Source: an uncultured Bacteroidales bacterium
GTDB taxonomy: Bacteria > Bacteroidota > Bacteroidia > Bacteroidales > Paludibacteraceae
NCBI GenBank assembly: GCA_934728255.1
Contig: CAKVEC010000005.1
Span: forward strand, 8,419-72,418
Direction: 5' to 3'
Length of the DNA: 64,000 nucleotides
The notes below the pieces were generated by a model that worked only from the letters and a program-made list of their open reading frames with translations, was not told where the DNA came from and did no database searches. Both the position numbers and the translations under genes were made by a program. Positions 20,426 through 29,670 of this stretch are shown here, piece after piece. Position 1 is the stretch's first letter, and every line of letters begins with the position of its first letter.

Positions 20426-20780
20426 ATTGGCAAAACGCACATTATCACAAATTCAATCGGCAATCATACAACTAAATGAATGGAATACCGATGTGGTGAG
20501 TCAAGATGACTGGCTACATTCTTCCGAGGGAATGAGACGTTTGGCGGCAAATTGTATGTTGATTGAAGCCATTGGTGAAGGACTCAAGAAAGTAGATAAG
20601 CGAACAGATGGGCAATTGTTGGTGTTGCGTTCTGAAATACCATGGCAGGAAGTAATGGCTATGCGCAATCATATAGCCCATGGCTATTTTGATATAGACG
20701 CTGAATTTGTGTATGGGGTTATTAAGAATGATTTGCTTCCGTTATTGGAGGCTGTGGATTTTTTGATCACGCAGTTATAA
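20397..20780 (+). CDS. HepT-like / DUF86 RNase toxin
   Basis: 127 aa. 'MRNHIAHGY' matches the RX4HXY HEPN motif. It overlaps the NTase gene by 29 nt, the typical TA arrangement. Confidence 0.8.
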   Translation: MVSLSSEQRELAKRTLSQIQSAIIQLNEWNTDVVSQDDWLHSSEGMRRLAANCMLIEAIGEGLKKVDKRTDGQLLVLRSEIPWQEVMAMRNHIAHGYFDIDAEFVYGVIKNDLLPLLEAVDFLITQL

Positions 20781-20960
20781 TCATATCATAATATATAAGT
20801 CTTTTTGTTTGTGGGACTATAAAACAATAAATACATCCTTGGTCTCTGGATGTGAAACATAGAGACCTATTGAAGTTCACGCAGAGGTGTGGGGTGGGTA
20901 TTATGGCTTGCGCAAGCAGTAAGCCCGCCAAACATCAATGTAATGGGCTTCACAGACATA

Positions 20961-21282
20961 ATAAAAGGCGTTTATTGCGCTCTGTTCTGACGAATTGAAA
21001 TGTCGCAGTTTCTTTAGAGTAATCAGACTTAGCAACGATAGATGTCCTCGGAATATAAGTATATTTCGCAACCTGTGTAGGGGCACGGGCATCTTGCCCG
21101 TAGGTGGTATGCAAGTACCATTGATTGTTCCCTTTCTATGCTCTTTTGTAGAGTGTGGTTTGATCATAGGTGTGCGTATAGTCTTATATTGGCGTGGGCT
21201 TCGCGTTGTCGGTTCTATTACTCAAGGCAATGCGACAGCCTCAATTCGTGGAACGACGACGGTCGAACTCCACGTTTTTTTT
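20961..21282 (+). ncRNA. Candidate structured ncRNA, unknown family, copy B; ends in an intrinsic terminator
   Basis: Homologous 5' and 3' blocks to 847..1117. The terminator stem 'gtggaacgacgacggtcgaactccac' plus the T-run at 21275-21282 differs from copy A but keeps its pairing. Confidence 0.4.
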
Positions 21283-21406
21283 GTGCTCAATTGTAGGCTA
21301 AAAGGGGAAAACACACAGAAACACACGGAAAAACACACCGCATAGGTTACAAACATACAATATAATGCCATAAACTATATACGTCCAATCTTAAAAATAT
21401 CCGAAT

Positions 21407-21808
21407 ATGAAAAAACTACTTACCTTGTTCGCTGCCTGTATCTTTGGTGCAGTAATGGTTTATGCAGATGTTCTGAAATTACAAGCAACATCTCTGGCTT
21501 TCAAATCTCAAAATGACTATGGCTATTGGTCTGACTGGTCGGATTGGGAAAGTACAAACATTTTAGTTGTAGTAAATACGGATATTGACAGAGTGAATAT
21601 CTATTCCAGTTCTCCGCAAGAATATGATATTTATGATTATGATGCTGAAGAGAAAGATGGTGAGGGCGGAACTATATCTACCTGTCATTGTATCGACCAA
21701 AATGGTACTCGATGTGATATGCGGATTCGCTTTCAAGCAAATGGGCAGGTTCAATTATATGTTGATTATGCTGATTTTATGTTTGTTTATAATGTTCAAA
21801 GAAAATAA
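21407..21808 (+). CDS. Small secreted hypothetical protein (first gene of FHA/kinase operon)
   Basis: Signal peptide 'MKKLLTLFAACIFGAVMVYA'. A 5-nt gap separates it from the next ORF. Confidence 0.5.
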   Translation: MKKLLTLFAACIFGAVMVYADVLKLQATSLAFKSQNDYGYWSDWSDWESTNILVVVNTDIDRVNIYSSSPQEYDIYDYDAEEKDGEGGTISTCHCIDQNGTRCDMRIRFQANGQVQLYVDYADFMFVYNVQRK

Positions 21809-21813
21809 AAGTT

Positions 21814-22917
21814 ATGCGTTGTAGTAATTGTGGTTGGGATAATCCCAACGGACTTAGTAAGTGTGAAAAATGTGGTACTCCTCTTGCTGCCGGTAATTCG
21901 CAACAGAGTTCCTCTGCTTCTGTATCCCCTGCGGAATATGCAGGTACTGCCGTAGAAAGCAGCCGTGCAGAGTCTCCATTTAGCAAAACGGTTAATGAAG
22001 CCAGTGTATTTGGCGGATTAGATCCCGAGGCACCGATTATGTCTCCGTCGGCTAATGATGGGCGTTGTCCGGAGTGCGGTTATCCGCTTCGTCCCGGGGT
22101 GTCTGTCTGCCCCAAGTGCCACCACCTCATAGGGCACAATGGCAGTTTGGCTGCTAAAATCGGCGGAAATACAACGCAGCGTGAAACGCCCGATGCTGTG
22201 AGAGATAAACCGAGCACCCCTGCCAACTTCGGAGGAACTGTTATGCCCGGTATGAATATCACCCCTGATATATGGTTTTCGCTCACGCCGCAACCCCTTC
22301 CTAACGAGCGGGAAACACCCGAGAAAGTGGAGTTTGAGGGCAAACATCACGAACTGAATCGCGCCAATATCGATCCTAAGAATCACACTATTACGAGTAA
22401 GGTTCAGGCAGTAATGGACTATGATGAGGAAAAGAAAAAATGGTATATTCAGGATAAGTCGGCTTTGCAATATACGTTCTTGCATTGTACGGGTGATATA
22501 CTGCTAATGGATAGCGATGTCTTGCTTATGGGCGACCGTAAGTTTATCTTCTATGCGGAACAGTCGCAACCCGATGCAGAGCCGCAAGATTTTACCGGTA
22601 CTATTGCTGCAGGTCGTCTGCGTGTGAATGTTCCGCGTTGTAGGCTTGTCCCTATGGTGGAAGAATATGAACAAGATGCACCCCAAGAGCATCTGTTCCG
22701 CGGGAATGTTCATCAATTGAACCGTGCCAATCTTGATCCTGAAAATCATACGATCACCAGTCATATACAGGCGGAACTGAAGTATGAAGACGGACATTGG
22801 TATATCAAGGATTGCTCGCAACTGCAGACAACGTACATTCTCTGCAAAGACCCTATGGACTTGAAAGACGGAGATCGTCTTCTAATGGGTAATCGTGTAT
22901 TTGTATTCAATTGTTAG
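21814..22917 (+). CDS. Double zinc-ribbon protein with two FHA domains
   Basis: The zinc ribbons are 'CSNCGWDNPNGLSKCEKCG' and 'CPECGYPLRPGVSVCPKCH'. Two repeats, 'HELNRANIDPKNHTITSKVQAV...WYIQDKS...LLMGDRKFIF' and 'HQLNRANLDPENHTITSHIQAEL...WYIKDCS...LLMGNRVFVF', are FHA-like. Confidence 0.75.
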   Translation: MRCSNCGWDNPNGLSKCEKCGTPLAAGNSQQSSSASVSPAEYAGTAVESSRAESPFSKTVNEASVFGGLDPEAPIMSPSANDGRCPECGYPLRPGVSVCPKCHHLIGHNGSLAAKIGGNTTQRETPDAVRDKPSTPANFGGTVMPGMNITPDIWFSLTPQPLPNERETPEKVEFEGKHHELNRANIDPKNHTITSKVQAVMDYDEEKKKWYIQDKSALQYTFLHCTGDILLMDSDVLLMGDRKFIFYAEQSQPDAEPQDFTGTIAAGRLRVNVPRCRLVPMVEEYEQDAPQEHLFRGNVHQLNRANLDPENHTITSHIQAELKYEDGHWYIKDCSQLQTTYILCKDPMDLKDGDRLLMGNRVFVFNC

Positions 22918-22920
22918 GCT

Positions 22921-24198
22921 ATGGCAGATCGTTGCGATTTTTCGGTTGGCGACTATATTGATGGCAAGTATCGCGTTACCAAAATGCTCGGTGAAGGCAG
23001 TTTTGGTAAAGTGTTTTGCGTTTCGGATAATACAGGGAATAATTACGCCCTCAAATTGCTCAAACTATGGGAAATACACCCCGATATACGGCAGCAGTTG
23101 GTCAGCCGCTTTGATATGGAATATGAAACAGGGCGTATCAATAGCCCTTATCTGGTACATGCGATAGGACACGGTCTGGCTCAAGGCAACCCGTATATAG
23201 TGATGGAGTTTTGCCCGGGGGGAGATTTGAAAGGTGCTGCTCCGGATACCGATTGGAACAAGGTTGCACACGAAGTGCTGCTCGGACTGAAGGCTCTGCA
23301 CCTTTGTGGTAAGGTACATCGGGATTTGAAACCGGAGAATGTCCTTATAAAAACAGATGGTACTGCCGCTTTAACCGACTTTGGTATATCCGGAGACCGC
23401 AATAAGCGTATGACGGAGCGCAATATCTTGGGTAAGCCCACTCAGATATTCGGTACGTATGGCTATATGCCGCCGGAACAAATCAGTCCTAAGAGCGGCG
23501 ATGCGACGGTGCTCCCGACTACGGATATATTTTCGTTTGGCGTGATGATGTACGAACTTCTGACCGGTTCTCTCCCTTTCGGAACACTTCGGGACGAAAA
23601 TGAATGGGTGCTTTATGCCAAAAATGGCAGAGAAGGCAACTGGGATCGGCAACGATTGTTGACGACTCCATATGGTAACCAATTTATGCAGGCTATAGAG
23701 GGCTGCCTTGTACCCGATTTCAAACACCGTTTGCAGTCGTGTGATGAGGTGCTGGCATTGCTTCCGCAAACAGCCAATATGCAAAAGTTACTCGCTTCAG
23801 ACGAATCACTCAAGACTCCTTCTGTTATTCATGGTCTGCTGCTACATATCATGCAAGGCGAGGAATATGGTAAGAAGTATGATCTTACGCAGTTGGCACA
23901 TCGGAGTTACGTTCTCAATATGGGGCGTGCTGCTATTGGGGTTAATAACGATATTCCTATCGTAGAGAACAAGAGCAGTTATATCTCGCGTAAACACTGC
24001 ACATTGGAGTATGACGATAGCAGCAGCCATTGGTTCATACGCGATGGTCAGTGGGATAATGGCAGTGACGGAGGCTGGAAACATTCGCTCAATGGCACTT
24101 TCGTCAATTCCAGACAAGTGGACGAGACGGGTTACTTTATTCAAATAGGCGACATTATATCTATAGGAGATACCAAACTACGTGTAGAAGCGTATTAA
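22921..24198 (+). CDS. Hanks-type Ser/Thr protein kinase (RD type) with C-terminal FHA domain
   Basis: Kinase motifs 'LGEGSFGKVF', 'ALKLL', 'HRDLKPENVLI', 'DFGIS' and 'YMPPE'. The C-terminal 'GRAAIGVNNDIPI...ISRKHCTLEY...NGTFVNSRQV...GDIISIGDTKLRV' is FHA-like. Confidence 0.85.
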   Translation: MADRCDFSVGDYIDGKYRVTKMLGEGSFGKVFCVSDNTGNNYALKLLKLWEIHPDIRQQLVSRFDMEYETGRINSPYLVHAIGHGLAQGNPYIVMEFCPGGDLKGAAPDTDWNKVAHEVLLGLKALHLCGKVHRDLKPENVLIKTDGTAALTDFGISGDRNKRMTERNILGKPTQIFGTYGYMPPEQISPKSGDATVLPTTDIFSFGVMMYELLTGSLPFGTLRDENEWVLYAKNGREGNWDRQRLLTTPYGNQFMQAIEGCLVPDFKHRLQSCDEVLALLPQTANMQKLLASDESLKTPSVIHGLLLHIMQGEEYGKKYDLTQLAHRSYVLNMGRAAIGVNNDIPIVENKSSYISRKHCTLEYDDSSSHWFIRDGQWDNGSDGGWKHSLNGTFVNSRQVDETGYFIQIGDIISIGDTKLRVEAY

Positions 24199-24211
24199 AA
24201 ACAACCAAATT

Positions 24212-24883
24212 ATGGCAAATCAAATTACAATCGGGCGCAATCCGCAAAATACTATTGTGGTGAACGCGCAATACAACACGGTTAGTGGTAGTCATGCTAC
24301 CATTAGCAGAAATGGCAATACATTGACCTTTGAAGACCATTCTACGAATGGTTCGTATGTCAACGGACAAAAAGTACATCATAGTTCTATTACAATTCAA
24401 CAAGGAGATATTATCACTTTAGGGCATCAATACACCCTGAATATGAATGACGTACTCCGCTATATGGGCGGTAGTCGTGATACACAGCGTACACCACAAG
24501 TTCCCGGTACAGCACGCGAGATACCTACTCCTATTGTGCGACAAGAGCCACAGCACGCCGAAGCACCTGCACCTAAAGCAGAACCGAATAATCTCAATTC
24601 TTTCAATTGGGGTGCATTTCTACTTAGTTGGATATGGGGGTGTGGCAATGGTATCTATTGGCCGCTTATCGTTCTCATCCCCGGCGTAGGATGGGTGGTA
24701 GGAATAGTCATACCTTTTGTCCTCGGCTTCAATGGCAACCGTATGGCGTGGGAGAAATACAACGACTCCGCCCTCGCTTTCGAAGACAAACAGGCATCTT
24801 GGACCAAAGGGGCATGGATATATGTAATCTGTGTATTTATTCTTTCATTCATCATCGGAATGCTTATGGGATTTGCCGATTAG
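24212..24883 (+). CDS. FHA domain protein with C-terminal multi-pass membrane region
   Basis: 'ITIGRNPQNTIVV...VSGSHATISR...NGSYVNGQKV...GDIITLG' is FHA-like. The hydrophobic C-terminus includes 'FNWGAFLLSWIWGCGNGIYWPLIVLIPGVGWV'. Confidence 0.75.
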   Translation: MANQITIGRNPQNTIVVNAQYNTVSGSHATISRNGNTLTFEDHSTNGSYVNGQKVHHSSITIQQGDIITLGHQYTLNMNDVLRYMGGSRDTQRTPQVPGTAREIPTPIVRQEPQHAEAPAPKAEPNNLNSFNWGAFLLSWIWGCGNGIYWPLIVLIPGVGWVVGIVIPFVLGFNGNRMAWEKYNDSALAFEDKQASWTKGAWIYVICVFILSFIIGMLMGFAD

Positions 24884-24925
24884 ACAATGCAGTGGAAAAA
24901 ATAATGGATAATTATATGATAATTA

Positions 24926-26422
24926 ATGTTTTATAAAAATAGTATGGCACAATCAACTACGTACAAACGTACACTCAGCGGCTCCGTAGGAGCGGGAATC
25001 GGATCTATGTTCAATGCGGGTGGTAGAAACTACTACATTCTCGAGCACAAAGTATCTTCCAAGTACCATAAAGCCGGTGAAGCACAAGAGATTATCGTCG
25101 ATCAGATTGAATTGGGACGCGACTCGAGTTGTGCAGTGCAATTTGATGAATCGTTCACAACGGTCAGCCGTCATCATGCTGCCATTGTGCGCGATGGGGA
25201 TAACTGGAAACTGGTGCAATTGAGCAAAACCAATCAAACGTTTCTCAACGGTCATCCCGTCAAGAGCGAGTGGTATTTGCAAAATGGTGATGAGATACAA
25301 CTATCCGTCAATGGTCCGAAACTCGGTTTTATCATTCCGCAGAATAACAAAGTAGGCACTATTGGTTTGAGCCGCCGGTTAAGCGCATTCCGTCAGCAGG
25401 CTCTCAAACCCTATAAAACGGCTATGTGGAGTATGGCGGTATGTATACTGCTGCTTATTTGTGTGGGCGTTGGATGGGGGATATATGATCACAAGCAAGA
25501 TGTGGAATATCGGACATTGACCGAACAGCAGCGAATTGAGGCTGAGCAACAACACAAGGAGGCATTAGCAGCCGCCAAAGCAGAGCGTGAGGATTTGGAA
25601 AAACAACTCAAAAACGTGAAAGCAGATATGAAACGGCTTAAAAGCGGCTCCAATCAAGCCGTTGCCGAACCAGCCAAAGTATCTCGCTCCACTACGTCCA
25701 ATAAGTCTATTGCTGACTGTGAACCGAACGTATATTTTGTATATATCAAAAAAATCGTTGTTACCTATAATGGTGAAACCAAGACATTAGAGGATGTTGG
25801 TACGGGTACCGGTTTCCTTTTGTCTGATGGACGCTTTGTTACGGCTCGCCATGTGGTGGAACCTTGGGCATATCCTTCGGGACCGGATGATACAAATAAC
25901 CTAATCTGCAATGCTATTGCTAACAATGGTGGTAAGGTCGTTTGTTATCTGGATGCCTATTCTCCTTCAGGAAAGATTTTACGTTTGGTATCAACCAATG
26001 CGAAAATCAACCGTTCTACTGATGAGACAATCAACTATGATGGAACACCACTGCGTCTCGCATCCAACGATGCTACCGATTATGCCTACTTCCAAACCAA
26101 TGAACATGGAGGGCTGCCTTACAATGTCTCTTTATCGAAGCAACTGCCGGTACAAACCAAACTGACTATCCTTGGCTATCCGATGGCGCTCGGCGCACAC
26201 TCCCCGGGTGATATTCATCCCATCTATAGCGAGGCAACCGTTGCACGTGAAGGATTGGAGCAGGGGTATATTCTCACTACTGCCACCACTTTCGAACATG
26301 GCAATTCCGGTGGTCCTGTCTTTGCTACAACTACAGATGACGAACTCATCGTGGTGGGTATTGTATCGGCAGGCGCAGGACGCTCCACCGGTTTGGTAGT
26401 CCCTATTTCCGCAATTAAATAA
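24926..26422 (+). CDS. FHA - TM - coiled coil - trypsin-like serine protease fusion
   Basis: FHA region 'IELGRDSSCAVQF...VSRHHAAIVR...NQTFLNGHPV...GDEIQLS', TM 'MWSMAVCILLLICVGVGWGIY', and a Glu/Lys-rich coil. The protease triad context is 'GTGFLLSDGRFVTARHVV', 'DYAYF' and 'HGNSGGPVF'. An alternative start is the ATG at 24944. Confidence 0.8.
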   Translation: MFYKNSMAQSTTYKRTLSGSVGAGIGSMFNAGGRNYYILEHKVSSKYHKAGEAQEIIVDQIELGRDSSCAVQFDESFTTVSRHHAAIVRDGDNWKLVQLSKTNQTFLNGHPVKSEWYLQNGDEIQLSVNGPKLGFIIPQNNKVGTIGLSRRLSAFRQQALKPYKTAMWSMAVCILLLICVGVGWGIYDHKQDVEYRTLTEQQRIEAEQQHKEALAAAKAEREDLEKQLKNVKADMKRLKSGSNQAVAEPAKVSRSTTSNKSIADCEPNVYFVYIKKIVVTYNGETKTLEDVGTGTGFLLSDGRFVTARHVVEPWAYPSGPDDTNNLICNAIANNGGKVVCYLDAYSPSGKILRLVSTNAKINRSTDETINYDGTPLRLASNDATDYAYFQTNEHGGLPYNVSLSKQLPVQTKLTILGYPMALGAHSPGDIHPIYSEATVAREGLEQGYILTTATTFEHGNSGGPVFATTTDDELIVVGIVSAGAGRSTGLVVPISAIK

Positions 26423-26423
26423 A

Positions 26424-27797
26424 ATGATAACGATTATGAAAAACAAGAATGTATTATTTCGTATGGCGGCACGCTGCGAGGCTGCAGGACGCCCGAACAA
26501 TGAAGATAACTATCAAATAGATGCCGACCTGTCTGACGACAAGTGGGGCTTTACGGCGGATGCACAAGTCGAGTTGGGCAAAAAAGGTGCTCTGTTGGTT
26601 GTATGCGATGGTATGGGTGGAATGAATGCCGGTGAAGTAGCCTCCGCCATTGCTGTAGAAACTATCAAAAGTCATTTCGCAGCGGAGCAACTGACCGATG
26701 CTGCATTGACAGAGCCGATGGCATACATCAAAAATGCCATTGTGGCTGCCGATGCTGCTATCAAGAAACATGGCAAGGAGCATCCCGACACTGCCGGTAT
26801 GGGTTCTACTATCGTGTTGGCATGGCTGCTCGGCAAGAAAGTATATGTCGGTTGGTGTGGCGATAGCCGTTGCTATTGCTACAATTCCAAGACAGGACTG
26901 GTTCGCTTGAGTCACGACCACTCGTATGTGCAGGAATTGGTGGATGCCGGCAAACTGACCGAGGAACTGGCTTTCGACCATCCGAACAACAATATCATTA
27001 CGCGCTCGCTGGGGGACCCTAATGGTACGGCCCGTCCGGATGTGAAAGAGTATGACCTCCATAATGAGGATATTCTGCTCTTGTGTTCCGATGGGCTATG
27101 TGGTTGCCTCCGTGATAATGAGATAGAGGAGCAACTGGCTGCTCACCAGACCTCAATGCAGGAATGTCGTGATGCACTTTGGGTTGCAGACGAGGCGGCA
27201 GGGTGGCATGATAATGTTACGGTCGCTTTGGCGCAAGTCATCAGTGGTGCAATGCCTGCAGTTTCTGTCAAACAAACATCAAGTTCTGCTGACAAAGCGC
27301 TGCTACAAACCAATAAACGTCTCAAAATTATTATTGCCGTTCTTGCCGTATTGCTGCTCGCGATTCTCTCGGTTTGGGCATACAAACCTGTAAAGCGAAT
27401 GGTTACAGAGAGGAATAATACTACGGGAAGAACAGTTCTGCAATCGGATAGCATATCTGAAAGCACAACAACTGCGGAGCAAGAAAACACAGAGCCTAAA
27501 AAAAATAATCAAAATAACGACACCATTCAGACGCAAACACCCCCAACTCCTCCCAAAGCAGAAGTTGATATCAACAAACTGAATACTGGAAAAGAAAAAG
27601 TTCCGGAGGTTCAAAAAGCAAATGAAGATGTACATAATAACGCTGCTCCAAAACAAGACACGGAAAAGCCAAAAGAGGAAGTGCCTAATGTGAAAACAGT
27701 TGGGGATGATGCTTCGGTAACGGAACCAAGTGCAAATAATGGGGGAACAACCGCATCAAAAACGAATGATAGTTCAGAGCCAAATGATGCCGAATAA
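26424..27797 (+). CDS. PP2C-family Ser/Thr phosphatase with TM anchor and low-complexity tail
   Basis: 'RPNNEDNY', 'LLVVCDGMGGMNAGEVAS', 'GSTIVLAWL...VGWCGDSRCY' and 'LLLCSDGL', then the TM 'LKIIIAVLAVLLLAILSVWAY' and a Thr/Pro/Lys/Glu-rich tail. An alternative start is at 26436. Confidence 0.85.
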   Translation: MITIMKNKNVLFRMAARCEAAGRPNNEDNYQIDADLSDDKWGFTADAQVELGKKGALLVVCDGMGGMNAGEVASAIAVETIKSHFAAEQLTDAALTEPMAYIKNAIVAADAAIKKHGKEHPDTAGMGSTIVLAWLLGKKVYVGWCGDSRCYCYNSKTGLVRLSHDHSYVQELVDAGKLTEELAFDHPNNNIITRSLGDPNGTARPDVKEYDLHNEDILLLCSDGLCGCLRDNEIEEQLAAHQTSMQECRDALWVADEAAGWHDNVTVALAQVISGAMPAVSVKQTSSSADKALLQTNKRLKIIIAVLAVLLLAILSVWAYKPVKRMVTERNNTTGRTVLQSDSISESTTTAEQENTEPKKNNQNNDTIQTQTPPTPPKAEVDINKLNTGKEKVPEVQKANEDVHNNAAPKQDTEKPKEEVPNVKTVGDDASVTEPSANNGGTTASKTNDSSEPNDAE

Positions 27798-27900
27798 TTT
27801 TTGTGCTGCCGTTTTTTGCATAGACATATTCTCCAAATTATGCATAATAAGCAATTCCTATACTTCATAATACAATTTACGGCAACGAGACGGCAACGAC

Positions 27901-27960
27901 ATACACCTTTATGCGGTGCTTTTATACACTTTATGCACTGTATATCTGCATAAAGTGTAT
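27901..27960. repeat. Three copies of ATACAC(C)TTTATGC(A): two direct, one inverted (14-bp perfect inverted repeat 27924-27937 / 27947-27960)
   Basis: Read directly in the 231-nt spacer between the PP2C gene and the second kinase operon. No T-run follows, so it does not look like a classic terminator. Confidence 0.7.
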
Positions 27961-28028
27961 GGATGTTGTTCTGATGTGGTTGTCCTTAAATAATAGTGAT
28001 TCAACTAAAACCGACTAACGATTAAATT

Positions 28029-29669
28029 ATGCAACTACAAGAAAATACGCTTTTCGCGAATAGATACCAACTTATCAAACTTCTGGGACGCGGTGGCTTC
28101 TCTGAGGTCTGGCTGGCAAAAGACAATTGGACGCACCTCAAGATTGCGCTCAAAGTCTATGCACCAGGCACGGGTATGGACGCCAACGGCTTGCAGGAGT
28201 TCTGTGGTGAACTGGCAAGCGTCTATGACCTCAATCATACCAATCTGCTCAAGCCGCAGCACGTGGATACGTGGGAAAATATGCCGTACTTGATTATGGC
28301 GTATTGTTCGCAAGGTTCATGCGGCAGTAAGTTGGGAAAGATGTCCGAAACTGAGATGTGGAAGTTTATCCACGATGTAGCGGCAGGATTAGCGTACTTG
28401 CATTCGAAAGATGTGGTGCACCAAGATATCAAACCCGACAATATCCTTATTGACGATGCGGGTAACTATCTGATTACCGATTTTGGGGTCTCTACTCGTG
28501 CACGTAGCACGTTGCGCAAAAGCGTTGTTGCTTCTTCTGCAGGCGGTACAACCGCGTATATGGGACCGGAGCGTTTCTCTCGCCAACCGGCTCCTACAAA
28601 GGCAAGCGATATCTGGTCGTTTGGTGCGATGTGCTTTGAGTTATTAGAGGGTGTTGTACCCTTTGGTGAGATAGGTGGCGGTATGCAGAAAGGCGGTGCG
28701 GAGATACCTGCTATCACAGCCGATGTCTCCGATGCCCTCAAATACACTATCACCAAGATGCTCCAAAAGGAGACATGGGACAGACCTACAGCCGCCACTT
28801 TGGTTGAGTGGGCAACCAAGCCCGACGCTATCGAGGTGGATTATTCGTTGCTCGAAGAGACCGAACCGGTAGAAACACCATCGGTAAATCCTGTGGATAG
28901 CGATCGTAGTACGCAACGATTAGATTCTGCCACTGGTATCGGTCAAGCCACGCAGCGATTGGGACATACACCTGCGGAAGAGGAAAACGTACCCTTATCC
29001 CTCTCGCCAACGACCGTTCATGTACCCGCTGAAGGAGGTGTAAAGATCATAGATATAAAATCGGATGATACAAATTGGAGAATTGGTCATTATGACGAAT
29101 GGATACATTGGGTAAGCAATAATAGCAATCGTTTTGTTTTGCGTTTTGACAAGAATAAAACGGGTGAAACGCGTAAATGCTCATTGGAAGTTCGCGCACA
29201 CGACAAGACTGGCAAATTGGTACTTGCAACAGTCCAAGTATCCCAGATCTCTTTACCCAAGAGTAATAATTCTTGGTGGAAATGGCTATTGGGTACTATC
29301 CTTTCGATTGCACTGATAGTTGGTATAGGTACTATGATTGAAAACCAGCAAGAGAAACAGCGTTTAGAATCTGCCCATTCTGCAGCCGTAACACGTTTTG
29401 AACAGCAACTTGACGCTGCCGACTTAGATAATATCACGGCTTTAGAAAATGCGCTACAGAGTTTGCGAGACATTGGAAACCTCGAAGATAATAGCAAGTA
29501 TTCCGGCTCATATGTCTATTATAAAAAACAACAATTACTCAAAGACAAAACGCAATCCTTGTACAATACTGCCAATCGTAAATACCAGAAAGCCCCTGCT
29601 GGAACTGATACCGAGCGGAGAAATAAGGAAAAACGTGATAGACTAAATGAAATTTATAATAAGATTTAA
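28029..29669 (+). CDS. Hanks-type Ser/Thr kinase (non-RD, 'HQD') - BACON-like domain - TM - coiled-coil tail
   Basis: 'LLGRGGFSEVWL', 'ALKVY', 'HQDIKPDNILI', 'DFGVS' and 'YMGPERF'. The stretch 'LSLSPTTVHVPAEGG...WRIG...WIHWVS...RKCSLEVRA' is BACON-like. The TM is 'WWKWLLGTILSIALIVGIGTMI'. Confidence 0.85.
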   Translation: MQLQENTLFANRYQLIKLLGRGGFSEVWLAKDNWTHLKIALKVYAPGTGMDANGLQEFCGELASVYDLNHTNLLKPQHVDTWENMPYLIMAYCSQGSCGSKLGKMSETEMWKFIHDVAAGLAYLHSKDVVHQDIKPDNILIDDAGNYLITDFGVSTRARSTLRKSVVASSAGGTTAYMGPERFSRQPAPTKASDIWSFGAMCFELLEGVVPFGEIGGGMQKGGAEIPAITADVSDALKYTITKMLQKETWDRPTAATLVEWATKPDAIEVDYSLLEETEPVETPSVNPVDSDRSTQRLDSATGIGQATQRLGHTPAEEENVPLSLSPTTVHVPAEGGVKIIDIKSDDTNWRIGHYDEWIHWVSNNSNRFVLRFDKNKTGETRKCSLEVRAHDKTGKLVLATVQVSQISLPKSNNSWWKWLLGTILSIALIVGIGTMIENQQEKQRLESAHSAAVTRFEQQLDAADLDNITALENALQSLRDIGNLEDNSKYSGSYVYYKKQQLLKDKTQSLYNTANRKYQKAPAGTDTERRNKEKRDRLNEIYNKI

Positions 29670-29670
29670 T

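Noticed and set aside
21407-27797. Interpretation of the FHA/kinase/PP2C genes as a T6SS threonine-phosphorylation (PpkA/PppA/Fha1) module.
   Set aside because: No T6SS structural genes (TssB/C, Hcp, VgrG, TssM and so on) occur anywhere in the 64-kb window. The domain fusions here, to zinc ribbons, protease and BACON, also differ from that module.
27840-27953. A 37-aa ORF (MHNKQFLYFII...) in the PP2C to kinase spacer.
   Set aside because: It runs through the triplicated ATACACTTTATGCA motif and has no supporting features. The region is better explained as regulatory DNA.
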